Origin: Myxococcota bacterium
Lineage (GTDB): Bacteria; Myxococcota_A; UBA9160; UBA4427
NCBI GenBank assembly: GCA_965250285.1
Contig: OZ252299.1
Span: forward strand, 2,944,001 to 3,008,000
Length of the DNA stretch: 64,000 bases
Reading direction: 5' to 3'
In this document: piece after piece, positions 8,270-17,747 of the stretch
Layout of the letters: every line of letters begins with the position of its first letter
How positions within the stretch are numbered: position 1 is the first letter of the stretch
Translations under genes and position numbers: made by a program
Notes under the pieces: generated by a model
Told to the model about the DNA's origin: nothing
Seen by the model: only the letters and a program-made list of their open reading frames with translations
Database searches by the model: none

Positions 8270-10417
8270 ATGCCGCGAACGAGATCGCCGATCGCGCGCG
8301 CCCCGAGTGCCCTGCTGGCCTTGACCCTCACCATCTCACTCGCGTGCGCCGGCGGCCGCACGCCCTCGGTGCGAAGCGCCGCCAAACGCGGCGACGTGGC
8401 TCGGCTCGAGGCCGCGCTCGCCGGGGGCGCCAGCCCCGAAGGCCGCGACCGCGACGAGCGGCCGCTGCACCGCGCGGCCGAGAAGGGCCATATCGACGCC
8501 GTCGAGGTGCTGCTCGCCTACGGCGCCCGCGTCGATCCCCGGGACGACCACGGCGAGACCCCGCTGTTCGTGGCCGCCGAAGAAGGCCACCTGCGCATCG
8601 TCGAGATCCTGCTCGCGGCCGGCGCCTCGCCGGGTCTCTCCGATGAGAAGGGCCGCACGCCGCTGATCATCGCGGCCGACGAGGGCCACGCGCGGGTGGT
8701 CGAGGCTCTGCTCGCGAGTGGCGCGAGCGCTGACGTGCGCGACGACGAGCGCCGCACCGCGCTCTGGCATGCGATCGACGAGCGCGACCTCGAGGTCGCC
8801 GACGCCCTGCTCGACCACGGTGCCGATCCGAACCGGCTCGATGAAGACGGGCAGACGCCGCTCGGCCTCGCCATCGAGGAGAACGACCGCGAGATGGTGC
8901 GGCTGCTGCTCGAGCATGGCGCCAACGCGAGCCAGCGAACGCGGTCGGGCAACTCGCCGCTGGTCGAGTCGCTCATGCGCAACCGCGGCGACCTCGCTGC
9001 CCTGCTGCTGAACGCCGGCGCCAACCCCACCGCCTCGGTGTCGGATGAAGTGCCCCCGATCATCATCGCCGCGCGCAACAACGACACGGCGGCGGCGCTC
9101 ATGCTGATCGAGGCGGGCGCCGACCCGGGCGTCCAGGATCTGACCGGCGCGACGCCGCTCGGGTGGGCCGTCGATCACGGCAACCGCACGCTCGTCGAGC
9201 ACTACCTCGAGGCCGGCGCCGACCCGAACGCGTGGGGCGCGGGCGGACGCACGCCGCTCTTCGTCGCGGTCGAGCGCCGCCGCCTCGACGTGGCGAAGCT
9301 GCTGCTCGACGGCGGGGCCGAGGCCGACCGCCTCAATCGCAACGGCGCCCGTCCGATGGTGGTGGCGGTGCACCAGCAGGACGGTCCGATGGTCGAGCTG
9401 CTCGCCGAGCACGGCGCCAAGCGCACCACGCCGAGCGAGCTGATGGGCGACATGCCGGGCTTCGCGCAGAAGTACGGGTACGGCGCCGTGCTGCAGGCCG
9501 CGCTGGCGGCGGCCTCGGAGGCACGCCAGCAGGCGATGGGCGGCGACGCCCGCCGCAATGAATCGGGCAGCGCCGGCAGCTCGAGTCGGCCCGCGCCGCG
9601 CCCCTCGCAGCCGTCGCCCGACGTGGCGCCCGCGCCGACACCGATGCCCGTGACCACCGGCGAGCTGTACAGCAAGCGCGTCGCCGTGGTGGTGGGCATC
9701 GATCGGTATCGCGCGTGGCCGCCGCTCGAAGGCGCCCGCCGCGACGGTCGACACGTCGCGAAGACCCTGCGCCAGATGGGCTTCGACGAGGTCATCGAGG
9801 TCTACGACGAGAAGGCGACGCGCACCGAGCTGCTGCGCGTGCTCGGGACCGAGCTGCCCGAGAAGACCGACTCGAACGCGATGGCGATGATCTACTTCGC
9901 AGGGCATGGCCAGACCGAGACGCTGTCGGACGGCGACAAGCGAGGCTACGTGATCCCCGTCGATGCCGTGCCGGATCAGACGTTCGCGACCGCGATCTCG
10001 ATGGATACGCTGCGCGAGATCTCGGCCCGGCTCCCCGCCAAGCAGGTCTACTACGCGATGGACTCGTGCTACTCGGGCCTCGGCCTCGTGCGCGGCATCT
10101 CGATCGAGCCCGAGGGCGGCGGAGCGTTCATCGAGAAGGTGACGTCGCTGCGCGCCGTGCAGATGATCACCGCAGGGAGCGAGGGCGAGCAGGCCCTCGA
10201 ATCGGGCGGTCAGGGTCTCTTCACGCGCTACTTCCTGCGCGCGCTCGAGGGCGAGGCCGACTTCGACCACGACGGCTTCGTCACAGCGAGCGAGATCGGA
10301 ACCTACGTGCGACCTCAGGTGACCATGGCCTCGAAGCGAAGGCAGACGCCCCAGTTCGGCACGCTCGAGGGCTCGGGCGAGGTGGCATTCCACGTGCTGC
10401 GCTCAGACGCTCCCTGA
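8270..10417 (+). CDS. Lipoprotein with ankyrin repeats and C-terminal caspase-family (peptidase C14) domain
   Basis: Lipobox-like ISLAC; about 11 G-x-T-P-L ankyrin repeats; VVVGIDRY, YFAGHG (His), MDSCYSG (Cys), GLFTRYFLRAL, QTPQ. ATG 8270 follows GGAG-rich sequence. Confidence 0.9.
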   Translation: MPRTRSPIARAPSALLALTLTISLACAGGRTPSVRSAAKRGDVARLEAALAGGASPEGRDRDERPLHRAAEKGHIDAVEVLLAYGARVDPRDDHGETPLFVAAEEGHLRIVEILLAAGASPGLSDEKGRTPLIIAADEGHARVVEALLASGASADVRDDERRTALWHAIDERDLEVADALLDHGADPNRLDEDGQTPLGLAIEENDREMVRLLLEHGANASQRTRSGNSPLVESLMRNRGDLAALLLNAGANPTASVSDEVPPIIIAARNNDTAAALMLIEAGADPGVQDLTGATPLGWAVDHGNRTLVEHYLEAGADPNAWGAGGRTPLFVAVERRRLDVAKLLLDGGAEADRLNRNGARPMVVAVHQQDGPMVELLAEHGAKRTTPSELMGDMPGFAQKYGYGAVLQAALAAASEARQQAMGGDARRNESGSAGSSSRPAPRPSQPSPDVAPAPTPMPVTTGELYSKRVAVVVGIDRYRAWPPLEGARRDGRHVAKTLRQMGFDEVIEVYDEKATRTELLRVLGTELPEKTDSNAMAMIYFAGHGQTETLSDGDKRGYVIPVDAVPDQTFATAISMDTLREISARLPAKQVYYAMDSCYSGLGLVRGISIEPEGGGAFIEKVTSLRAVQMITAGSEGEQALESGGQGLFTRYFLRALEGEADFDHDGFVTASEIGTYVRPQVTMASKRRQTPQFGTLEGSGEVAFHVLRSDAP

Positions 10418-10473
10418 CCCCGATCCTTTCGGTACCCTCGGCGGCGACGCCAGCTGACCGAAAGGATGCCCGC

Positions 10474-10893
10474 ATGAAGTACCTGCACACGATGGTGCGC
10501 GTCACCGACATCGACGCCTCACTCGCCTTCTACTGCGACGCGCTCGGCCTCGAAGAGGTGCGGCGGATCGACGTCGAGGCGGGTCGCTTCACGCTGGTCT
10601 TCCTCGCAGCACCCGGCGATCACGAGGCCCAGGTCGAGCTGACCCACAACTGGGATCCCGAGGCCTACGACGGCGGCCGCAACTTCGGCCACCTGGCCTA
10701 CGAGGTCGAGGACATCTACGCGGCCTGTCAGCGCCTCGCGGACCAGGGCGTCACGATCAACCGCCCGCCCCGCGATGGACACATGGCCTTCGTGCGCTCG
10801 CCCGACGGCATCTCGGTCGAGCTCCTGCAGAAGGGCGGCTCGCTGCCCGCGCAAGAGCCGTGGGCCTCGATGGAGAACACCGGCGAGTGGTAG
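10474..10893 (+). CDS. gloA: Lactoylglutathione lyase (glyoxalase I, VOC family)
   Basis: MKYLHTMVRV, ELTHNWD, NFGHLAY, AFVRSPDGISVEL; AAGGA upstream. Confidence 0.9.
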   Translation: MKYLHTMVRVTDIDASLAFYCDALGLEEVRRIDVEAGRFTLVFLAAPGDHEAQVELTHNWDPEAYDGGRNFGHLAYEVEDIYAACQRLADQGVTINRPPRDGHMAFVRSPDGISVELLQKGGSLPAQEPWASMENTGEW

Positions 10894-10957
10894 CCCGGCG
10901 GGCCGCCCGCGGCCCGCGAGCGGCGTGAGGTGCTCCTCAGCGCTTTCTCACGCGATT

Positions 10958-10989
10958 TGATTGACAAATATTCAATCATGACAAATGAT
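10958..10989 (+). promoter_or_regulatory. Sigma70-type promoter overlapped by an inverted-repeat operator (likely TetR autoregulation)
   Basis: TTGACA 10961-10966, 17 nt, AATGAT 10984-10989; perfect IR TGATTGA-N7-TCAATCA at 10958-10978. Confidence 0.7.
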
Positions 10990-10995
10990 CAGCGC

Positions 10996-11697
10996 ATGGC
11001 GATGGAGACCCCCGCGCGCGATCCCGCTGCCGCACCGGCCCAGACCGGCGATGCGCCGCCGTCGCCGCGCGCGACGACGACGGCCCCCGACCGACGCGCG
11101 CGACGCCGGGCCGAGACACGCGCGCGTCTGCTGGCGGCCGCCCGCGACCTCTTCATCCACCAGGGCTATCACGCGACGCGACCGCAGGACATCGCGCGCG
11201 CGGCCGACGTCGCCGTCGGCACCTTCTACACGTACTTCGACGACAAGCGCGACGCGTTCATCGCGTTCACCCGCCAGGTCGGCGACGAGCTGATGGCCGA
11301 GCTCGCGCGCTCCGGCCGAGGCCCGGCCGAGGGGTTCGAGTCGGCGCTGGCCGGGGTGCTCGAGGCGCTGCTCGACTACTCGGACACGCATCCCGGCGTA
11401 CTCGGGGTCGCCTTCGGCGAGGCCGTGATCGCGCGATCGAGCGGCGACGTCGATGCAGCCGACACGCCGCAGGCGGCGTCGCTGCGCGACCGCCTCGCAG
11501 CCGCGCTCGCCGAAGGCCTGCGCACGGGCATGAAGGCCGGCCGCATCCATGCCGACTACGACGCCGACCTCGTGGCCGACGCGATGGTCGGCCTGATTCA
11601 TCAGGGGCTCGTGCACGGCCACGCCCTGCCCCGCGCTCAGGTCATCTCGAACATCACCCGGTTCTGCGCCCGCGCCCTCGTCACCGACGAGCGCTGA
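10996..11697 (+). CDS. TetR/AcrR family transcriptional regulator
   Basis: TRARLLAAARDLF..QGYHAT...DIARAADVAVGTFYTYFDDK helix-turn-helix; start at 10996 or 11002. Confidence 0.9.
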   Translation: MAMETPARDPAAAPAQTGDAPPSPRATTTAPDRRARRRAETRARLLAAARDLFIHQGYHATRPQDIARAADVAVGTFYTYFDDKRDAFIAFTRQVGDELMAELARSGRGPAEGFESALAGVLEALLDYSDTHPGVLGVAFGEAVIARSSGDVDAADTPQAASLRDRLAAALAEGLRTGMKAGRIHADYDADLVADAMVGLIHQGLVHGHALPRAQVISNITRFCARALVTDER

Positions 11698-11733
11698 GAC
11701 CCCTGCCCGGCGCCGACGCCGAGAGGAGCCCCC

Positions 11734-12759
11734 ATGCCCCAGCTTCGCTTCACCGAAGAAGAGCTCATGCGCTCGCACGACTACAGCGCGCCCCAGGTCG
11801 AGGCCGGTCAGCGCCTGCACGGCGGCTTCGACGAGAGCGGCACGTACGTGCCGCCGCGCACGCTCCTGCGCGAGCCCGCCGTCGACGCGTGGACGGACGC
11901 GCTGCGCGCACGCGGCGGCGAGCCCATGTCGGCCGACAGCTCGCTGCTCGCGGGCATCCGCTACCCGAGCCCGCCGCAGCTCAAGCTGCTGCTCCAGGAG
12001 GGGCTCGGTCAGAGCTTCTACAACACGCTGACCATCACCGGAAAGATCGAGGCGCGCGGCCGCGTCCTTGCCGACATGCAGTTCCCCGACTTTCAGCCGA
12101 TCGTCGTCGAGGACATCTCCGAGACGATGCTGGGCCACTTGAATACCGGCATGCTGAAGGCCCACGGCCTCGACGAAGGGGGGGAGCCCGAAGCCGGCAT
12201 CGGCGGCCACGACGTGATGTGGTTCGCGCTGCGCGATCTGGTGCTGGGCGACGGGGGCTACCCCGACGTCGATCCGCCCGAGAACATCGCGCGCCCCGAG
12301 AACGATCTGCGCAAGACACCGCCGATCAGCGAGCCGCACATGCGGCTCGTCTACTTTCTGCTCAACCTGCTGCTGATCGAGTTCCGCGCCGAGCGCGGCT
12401 TCTCGATGACCGAGGAGCTGCTGGTCGACCCCGATCTATTCACCGATCGGCGCGACGCGGCCGAGCGAGCGGCGGAGATCGTGCGGCGCATTCGCCGCGA
12501 CGAGGAGATCCACGTGACCTCGCTGCGCCTCGTGCTGGGCGAGATCCGCCACCTCACGTTCAAGACGCTCGACGGGGGCACCATGAAGGGCGCCGAGATC
12601 GTCGACGACTTCTGGAACGAGATCGTGCACTGGGCGACGGTCGAGCAGCCGAAGCTCGCCGCCGAGCAGCAGCGCGAGATCTTCCGCGAGCGCATCGCCG
12701 CCCATCCCGAGGCCGATCGGGTGCAGGCCGCGTTCGACGCGCTCGAAGACCGCGAGTAG
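11734..12759 (+). CDS. Ferritin-like / diiron carboxylate protein of unknown function
   Basis: KIEARG, DE...H, LIEFRAE, RRDEEIH pattern; GAGGAG RBS. Confidence 0.65.
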   Translation: MPQLRFTEEELMRSHDYSAPQVEAGQRLHGGFDESGTYVPPRTLLREPAVDAWTDALRARGGEPMSADSSLLAGIRYPSPPQLKLLLQEGLGQSFYNTLTITGKIEARGRVLADMQFPDFQPIVVEDISETMLGHLNTGMLKAHGLDEGGEPEAGIGGHDVMWFALRDLVLGDGGYPDVDPPENIARPENDLRKTPPISEPHMRLVYFLLNLLLIEFRAERGFSMTEELLVDPDLFTDRRDAAERAAEIVRRIRRDEEIHVTSLRLVLGEIRHLTFKTLDGGTMKGAEIVDDFWNEIVHWATVEQPKLAAEQQREIFRERIAAHPEADRVQAAFDALEDRE

Positions 12760-12808
12760 CGAGCGCCCCACAGCCGCCGGGTCGGCCCTGAGCCTCACCA
12801 CGCCGAAG

Positions 12809-12826
12809 TGTGCTTTATGAAGCACA
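12809..12826. promoter_or_regulatory. Palindromic candidate regulator site upstream of amtB
   Basis: TGTGCTT-TATG-AAGCACA, perfect 7-bp arms, AT-rich in a GC-rich background. Confidence 0.45.
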
Positions 12827-13007
12827 TCCGGTTGGTGGAGGCGCGCCTGGGCGCCTCCGCGCGTTGACGCGGTCGTCACAATCGCGCAATAAAGAGCCCA
12901 CTCGGGCGTCGCTTTGCGCGACGTCCTTCCGAATCCGTCGCCGGGCACCCGTCGACGCGCCCGCCTCACCTCGATGCCTGGCCCGGACCGCCAGGAGGAG
13001 CCCGTTC

Positions 13008-14333
13008 ATGAACTGCGTTCGCCTTCCCCTTCGCAGGGCCGCCGCACCGCTCGCCACGGCGATGACGCTGGTGCTCGTTCCCCGACTCGTGCTCGCGCAA
13101 GACGAGATCGAAGTCGCCGACTCGGGCGATACCGCCTGGATGCTCACCAGCTCGCTGCTCGTGCTGATGATGACGCTGCCGGGTCTCGCGCTCTTCTACG
13201 GCGGACTCGTGCGCGTGAAGAACATCCTGTCGGTGTTGATGCAGTGTCTGATCTCGGCGGGTCTGATGGGCGTGCTCTGGGTCTTCGCCGGCTACAGCCT
13301 CGCCTTTGGCGAAGGCAGCGGCGCAACGCAGCCGTTCATCGGCGACCTGTCGATGGTGATGCTGAGCGGCATCACGCCCGACAGCGTCTCGGGCACGATC
13401 CCGACCTATGTGTTCGTGATGTTCCAGGGCATGTTCGCGATCATCACGCCGGCGCTGATGCTGGGCGCCTTCGCCGAACGCATGCGCTTCAGCGCATACC
13501 TCGCGTTCTGCACGATCTGGCTCTTCGTGGTCTACATCCCGCTCGCGCACATGGTGTGGGGCGGCGGCTGGCTCGGCGCGCACGGCGCCCTCGACTTCGC
13601 CGGCGGCCTGGTCGTGCACATGTCGAGCGGCTATTCGGCGCTCGTCGCCTGCCTGTTCATCGGGGCGCGCCGCGGCTACGGCCGCGAGCCGATGCCGCCC
13701 AACAGCCTGCCGCTCACCGTCATCGGTGCATCGCTGCTGTGGGTCGGCTGGTTCGGCTTCAATGCCGGCAGTGAGCTCGCTGCCGACGGGGTCGCGGGTC
13801 TCGCGTTCCTGACGACCCAGACCGCGACGGCCACGGCCGTGCTCTTCTGGGTGATCATCGAGTGGGTGCACAACGGCAAGCCCACGGTGCTGGGCGCCGC
13901 GACCGGCGCGGTCGCCGGCCTCGTTGCAATCACCCCCGCCTGCGCCTTCGTCGGCCCGGGCGGCGCCATCGCGATCGGCTTCGGCGCCGCGGTCATCTGC
14001 TACGTCGCCGTCGCGATCGTGAAGCCGAAGCTCGGCTACGACGACAGCCTCGACGTCTTCGGCGTGCACGGCGTCGGCGGCACCTGGGGCGCACTGGCCA
14101 CCGGCCTCTTCATCGCACCGTGGGCCCTCGGCGACGGCATGAGCTGGGGCGAGCAGGTCTGGCTGCAGGTGCAGTCGATCGTCTTCACGCTCGTCTACGC
14201 GGGCGTGCTTTCATGGATCATCCTCATGGTGCTCAAGGCTGTGATGGGCGACCTGCGCGTCGACGCAGAGGCCGAGCACGAAGGTCTCGATCTCTCGGAG
14301 CACCAGGAGACGGCCTACGGCGACGCGGCCTGA
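13008..14333 (+). CDS. amtB: Ammonium transporter
   Basis: GDTAWML, PGLALFYGG, FQGMFAIIT, LDFAGGLVVH, LWVGWFGFNAGS, DDSLDVFGVHG; AGGAGG before ATG 13008. Confidence 0.96.
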   Translation: MNCVRLPLRRAAAPLATAMTLVLVPRLVLAQDEIEVADSGDTAWMLTSSLLVLMMTLPGLALFYGGLVRVKNILSVLMQCLISAGLMGVLWVFAGYSLAFGEGSGATQPFIGDLSMVMLSGITPDSVSGTIPTYVFVMFQGMFAIITPALMLGAFAERMRFSAYLAFCTIWLFVVYIPLAHMVWGGGWLGAHGALDFAGGLVVHMSSGYSALVACLFIGARRGYGREPMPPNSLPLTVIGASLLWVGWFGFNAGSELAADGVAGLAFLTTQTATATAVLFWVIIEWVHNGKPTVLGAATGAVAGLVAITPACAFVGPGGAIAIGFGAAVICYVAVAIVKPKLGYDDSLDVFGVHGVGGTWGALATGLFIAPWALGDGMSWGEQVWLQVQSIVFTLVYAGVLSWIILMVLKAVMGDLRVDAEAEHEGLDLSEHQETAYGDAA

Positions 14334-14355
14334 TCCCGCGCGCCGACCGCGAACC

Positions 14356-14394
14356 CGGGGCCCCGAGCAGCCGCTCGGGGCCCCGCTTCGTTTC
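14356..14394 (+). terminator. Intrinsic terminator-like hairpin after amtB
   Basis: 13-bp perfect stem CGGGGCCCCGAGC/GCTCGGGGCCCCG, 4-nt loop, followed by CTTCGTTTC. Confidence 0.7.
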
Positions 14395-14396
14395 GG

Positions 14397-14530
14397 GCCC
14401 TCAGACCGTGTCCGCGAATCGCACGCTTCGGGCCCTCAGATCGTGTCCGCGCATCGCACGCGCCGCGCCCTCAGATCGTGTCCGCGAATCGCACGCGCCG
14501 CGCCCTCAAACCGTGTACGCGAATCGGACG
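14397..14530. repeat. Tandem repeat, 35-bp unit x ~4; last copy is the 3' end of the OsmC gene
   Basis: GCCCTCAGA(C/T)CGTGTCCGCGAATCGCACG... with TCA at 14401, 14436, 14471 and 14506. Confidence 0.9.
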
Positions 14531-14913
14531 TCGAGCTCGATGTCGGGGTGGATGCTCTGCTTGACCGGGCAGGCCCACGCGATCGCCTCGAGCGTTTCGC
14601 GTGTCTTCACGTCGAGGGCCGCCGGCAGGTCGAGCTCGACCACGAGCTTCACCACGCGGCGCGGTCCGGCGGCCATGTGCTTCTCGGTGCGCGCCCGCGT
14701 GCCGGCGAAGGGCCAGCCCTCGTCTTCGGCGCGGATGCCCATGGTCGTGACCATGCAGGAGGCCAGCGCCGTCGCGAGCAGATCGGTGGGCGAGAACGAC
14801 TCGCCGCGACCGCGATTGTCCACCGGTGCATCGGTATGGAGTCGAGTGCCCGACGGCGCGTGATCACACGCCGTGCGCAGCCCGCCCTCATACGTGGTGT
14901 GGATCTCGACCAT
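14506..14913 (-). CDS. OsmC/Ohr family protein
   Basis: TDAPVDNRGRGESFSPTDLLATALASCM...ACPVKQS with two Cys; ATG 14913 after GGGAG. Confidence 0.88.
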   Translation of the reverse strand: MVEIHTTYEGGLRTACDHAPSGTRLHTDAPVDNRGRGESFSPTDLLATALASCMVTTMGIRAEDEGWPFAGTRARTEKHMAAGPRRVVKLVVELDLPAALDVKTRETLEAIAWACPVKQSIHPDIELDVRFAYTV

Positions 14914-15048
14914 CTGGCGTCTCCCTCTGTCGGTCCCGTTTGAAGGACGCGCGTCAACGCAGCGAGCGTCGCGCATCATGCCGTGAACCGCTGCGACGCA
15001 TCGGCCAGCGCAAGTCAACCGGGGCGCGCTGCAGGGGGACGGGGTACC

Positions 15049-17049
15049 GTGCAGCCACCTCGGTCCTTCTGGCTGGAGCCAGCCCGCTTGTCGCTCTTCG
15101 ACCCCTCGCAACACCCCGAAACCCGTCGCGAGGCGGCTGATCCCGCCGATCTGCAGGCCGGCCTCGAACGGCTCGGCCACAGTACGTTTCGCCCGGGCCA
15201 GCGCGAGGCCATCGAGACCCTGCTCGACGAGGGACGCATGCTGCTCGTCGCGCCCACGGGCGGCGGCAAGAGCCTGACGTACCAGCTGCCCGCGCTGCTG
15301 CTCGAAGGCACGACGCTCGTCATCTCACCGCTGATCGCGCTGATGCAGGATCAGGTGCAGGCGCTCGAAGCGCTCGGCATCCGCGCGACGTATCTCGCGT
15401 CGACGCTCGACTCGGGCGAGCTCGAGGCGCGGCTCGAGGGGCTGATGCGCGGCGAGTGGCAGCTCTGCTACGTGGCTCCCGAACGGCTCGGCGCGCCGGG
15501 TTTTCGCGCCCGGCTGCGCACGCTCGACTGCCCGCTCGTCGCGATCGACGAGGCGCACTGCATCAGCGAGTGGGGCCACGACTTTCGGCCCGAGTACATG
15601 CAGATCGGCGAGGTGCTGAAAGATCTGCCGCGCGCCCGGGTCATGGCGTGCACGGCGACCGCGACCCCGATCGTGCGAGACGAGATCCTCGAGCGGCTCG
15701 GGCTCGACCCATCGACGCCGCAGCTCGTCCGCGGCTTCGCGCGGCCGAACCTCTCGCTGCGCGTCGCAGACATCGCCGGCAAGGCCGAGCGCATTCGGCT
15801 CGTCGACGGTGCGCTCGACGAGGCGCTCGGCGCCCCCGAGTCGCCCCGGGGCAGCGCCATCGTCTACTCGCCCACGCGCAAGATGACCGAAGAAGAGGCA
15901 CGCCGCCTCGCAGCCCGGGGCTACCGGACCGACGCCTATCACGCCGGCCTCGATGGCCCGACGCGCGACGCGGTCCACCGCGCATTCACCGAGGGCAGCG
16001 TCGACGTCATCGTGGCGACGAATGCGTTTGGCATGGGCATCGACCGGGCCGACGTGCGCGCGGTGATCCACCTCGCGCCGCCCGGCTCGATCGAGGCCTA
16101 CTACCAGGAGGTCGGTCGCGCGGGCCGCGACGGCGCCGACGCGCTCGGGCTCATGCTCGTGTCGGCCAACGACTGGCCGAGGCGCCGTGCGCTGATCGAG
16201 AGCGATCTCGACGGCCTCGCCCCTGATTCCGAGGTCGTGCGCCACAAGTGGAACCTGTTCCTCGAGCTGATGCGCTTCGCCGAAGGCGGCAGCTGCCGAC
16301 ACGACTCGGTGCTTCGCTACTTCGATGACGAGGCCGAGACGCTGCACGGGTGCGGGCGCTGCGACGTCTGCCGACAGCTCGCCCTCGGTGTCGATCTCTC
16401 GCTCGACGTCGACGAAGCGAACGCCACCCTGATCGTGCGCAAGGCGCTCGCAGGCGTCGCGCGCGTACACGGTCGGTTCGGCCTCGGTGCTGCGGTGGCG
16501 CTGCTGCGCGGCGTGCGCGACCCACGGCTCTCTCGGGACGGTCTCGACCGCACGACGACCTTCGGTGTGCTCGAGGACTTCACCGACGACTGGCTGACTC
16601 GACTGCTGCGCCGCTGCGTCACGGCCGGCTGGGTCGACTACTGGGGCGGTGATCGCCCGGTGGTGATCCTCACCGAAGAAGGCGCTGAAGTCATGCGCGG
16701 CGAGCGGCCGGCTCGGCTGCTGCTCCCGCCGCTCAAGCGCCCGAAGGCCTCGGCCACCGCGAGTCGCGGTGGCGGAAGTCGGTCTTCGGGTTCGAACGCC
16801 GGGCCCAGCCTCGACGAGCTCGACGAAGCCGGCCGCGAACTCTTCGAGCAGCTGCGCGCCCATCGCATGGACATCGCCCGGGCCGAGGGCGTGCCGCCCT
16901 ATGTCGTCGCGAGCGACCGCACGCTGCGCGACGTCGCCGCCCTGCGGCCAACCACGCTCTCCGACCTGCAGCTCGCGCATGGCATCGGCCCCGCGAAGGC
17001 CGAGAAGTACGGGCCGGGCCTGCTCGCCGTCGTCGCCGGCGCGGTCTGA
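15049..17049 (+). CDS. recQ: ATP-dependent DNA helicase RecQ
   Basis: APTGGGKS, DEAHCISEWGHDFRP, TATAT, YHAGL, YYQEVGRAGRDG, Zn motif CR...CGRCDVC, RQC and HRDC domains; start uncertain. Confidence 0.95.
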   Translation: MQPPRSFWLEPARLSLFDPSQHPETRREAADPADLQAGLERLGHSTFRPGQREAIETLLDEGRMLLVAPTGGGKSLTYQLPALLLEGTTLVISPLIALMQDQVQALEALGIRATYLASTLDSGELEARLEGLMRGEWQLCYVAPERLGAPGFRARLRTLDCPLVAIDEAHCISEWGHDFRPEYMQIGEVLKDLPRARVMACTATATPIVRDEILERLGLDPSTPQLVRGFARPNLSLRVADIAGKAERIRLVDGALDEALGAPESPRGSAIVYSPTRKMTEEEARRLAARGYRTDAYHAGLDGPTRDAVHRAFTEGSVDVIVATNAFGMGIDRADVRAVIHLAPPGSIEAYYQEVGRAGRDGADALGLMLVSANDWPRRRALIESDLDGLAPDSEVVRHKWNLFLELMRFAEGGSCRHDSVLRYFDDEAETLHGCGRCDVCRQLALGVDLSLDVDEANATLIVRKALAGVARVHGRFGLGAAVALLRGVRDPRLSRDGLDRTTTFGVLEDFTDDWLTRLLRRCVTAGWVDYWGGDRPVVILTEEGAEVMRGERPARLLLPPLKRPKASATASRGGGSRSSGSNAGPSLDELDEAGRELFEQLRAHRMDIARAEGVPPYVVASDRTLRDVAALRPTTLSDLQLAHGIGPAKAEKYGPGLLAVVAGAV

Positions 17050-17059
17050 ACCCGGCCCC

Positions 17060-17731
17060 ATGGCGCTGCCCTGGCAGACCCTCGACACGGCCGACACTCC
17101 CGACGGCCGCCTCGAGCTGCGGCAACGCGGCGACGACTTCCTGATCCTGATCGACGGCCGCGTCCTGATGAACAGCCGCCAGAACCGCAGCGAGATCGCG
17201 GTGGCCGAGCGGCCCTGTCGTGCGCTCGCCGACCATCCCGCTCCGCTGGTCCTGATCGGCGGACTCGGCATGGGTTGCACGCTGCGTGCGGCCCTCGATG
17301 CGTTGCCCGCGGCGGCGCAGGTGATCGTGGCGGAGCTGAACGAGGTCATCGTCGAGTGGTGCCGAGGCCCCCTCGCCCCCGTGCACGCAGGTGCGCTCGA
17401 CGATCCGCGCGTCCGCGTCGAGCTCACCGACGTCGCCGCGTTGATCCGCGCCCACGGCACGAAGGCAGCGCCCCGCTTCGACGCGATCGTGCTCGACCTC
17501 TACGAGGGGCCGCACGCCCAGACCGACGCCGTCGGCGATCCGCTCTACGGCCGGCGCGCCCTCGAGCGTACGCGCCGGGCGCTGCGGCCCGGTGGCTTCT
17601 TCTCGGTCTGGAGTGAGGCGGCCGACGCGGGCTTCGCCAAGCGCCTGCACGCGGCCGGGCTCGAGAGCGAAAGAGCCCGCCCCGGGAAGGGCGGGCTCCG
17701 TCACGTGGTCTACCTCGCGCGTCGGCGCTGA
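17060..17731 (+). CDS. Spermidine-synthase-like SAM-dependent methyltransferase
   Basis: VLMNSR, VLIGGLGMG, VAEL, FDAIVLDLYEGP. Confidence 0.8.
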   Translation: MALPWQTLDTADTPDGRLELRQRGDDFLILIDGRVLMNSRQNRSEIAVAERPCRALADHPAPLVLIGGLGMGCTLRAALDALPAAAQVIVAELNEVIVEWCRGPLAPVHAGALDDPRVRVELTDVAALIRAHGTKAAPRFDAIVLDLYEGPHAQTDAVGDPLYGRRALERTRRALRPGGFFSVWSEAADAGFAKRLHAAGLESERARPGKGGLRHVVYLARRR

Positions 17732-17747
17732 GTCGATCTCACTCGAC

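Noticed and set aside
14397..14530. Possible CRISPR array (35-bp repeats)
   Set aside because: The units are contiguous with no unique spacers, and no cas genes are present.
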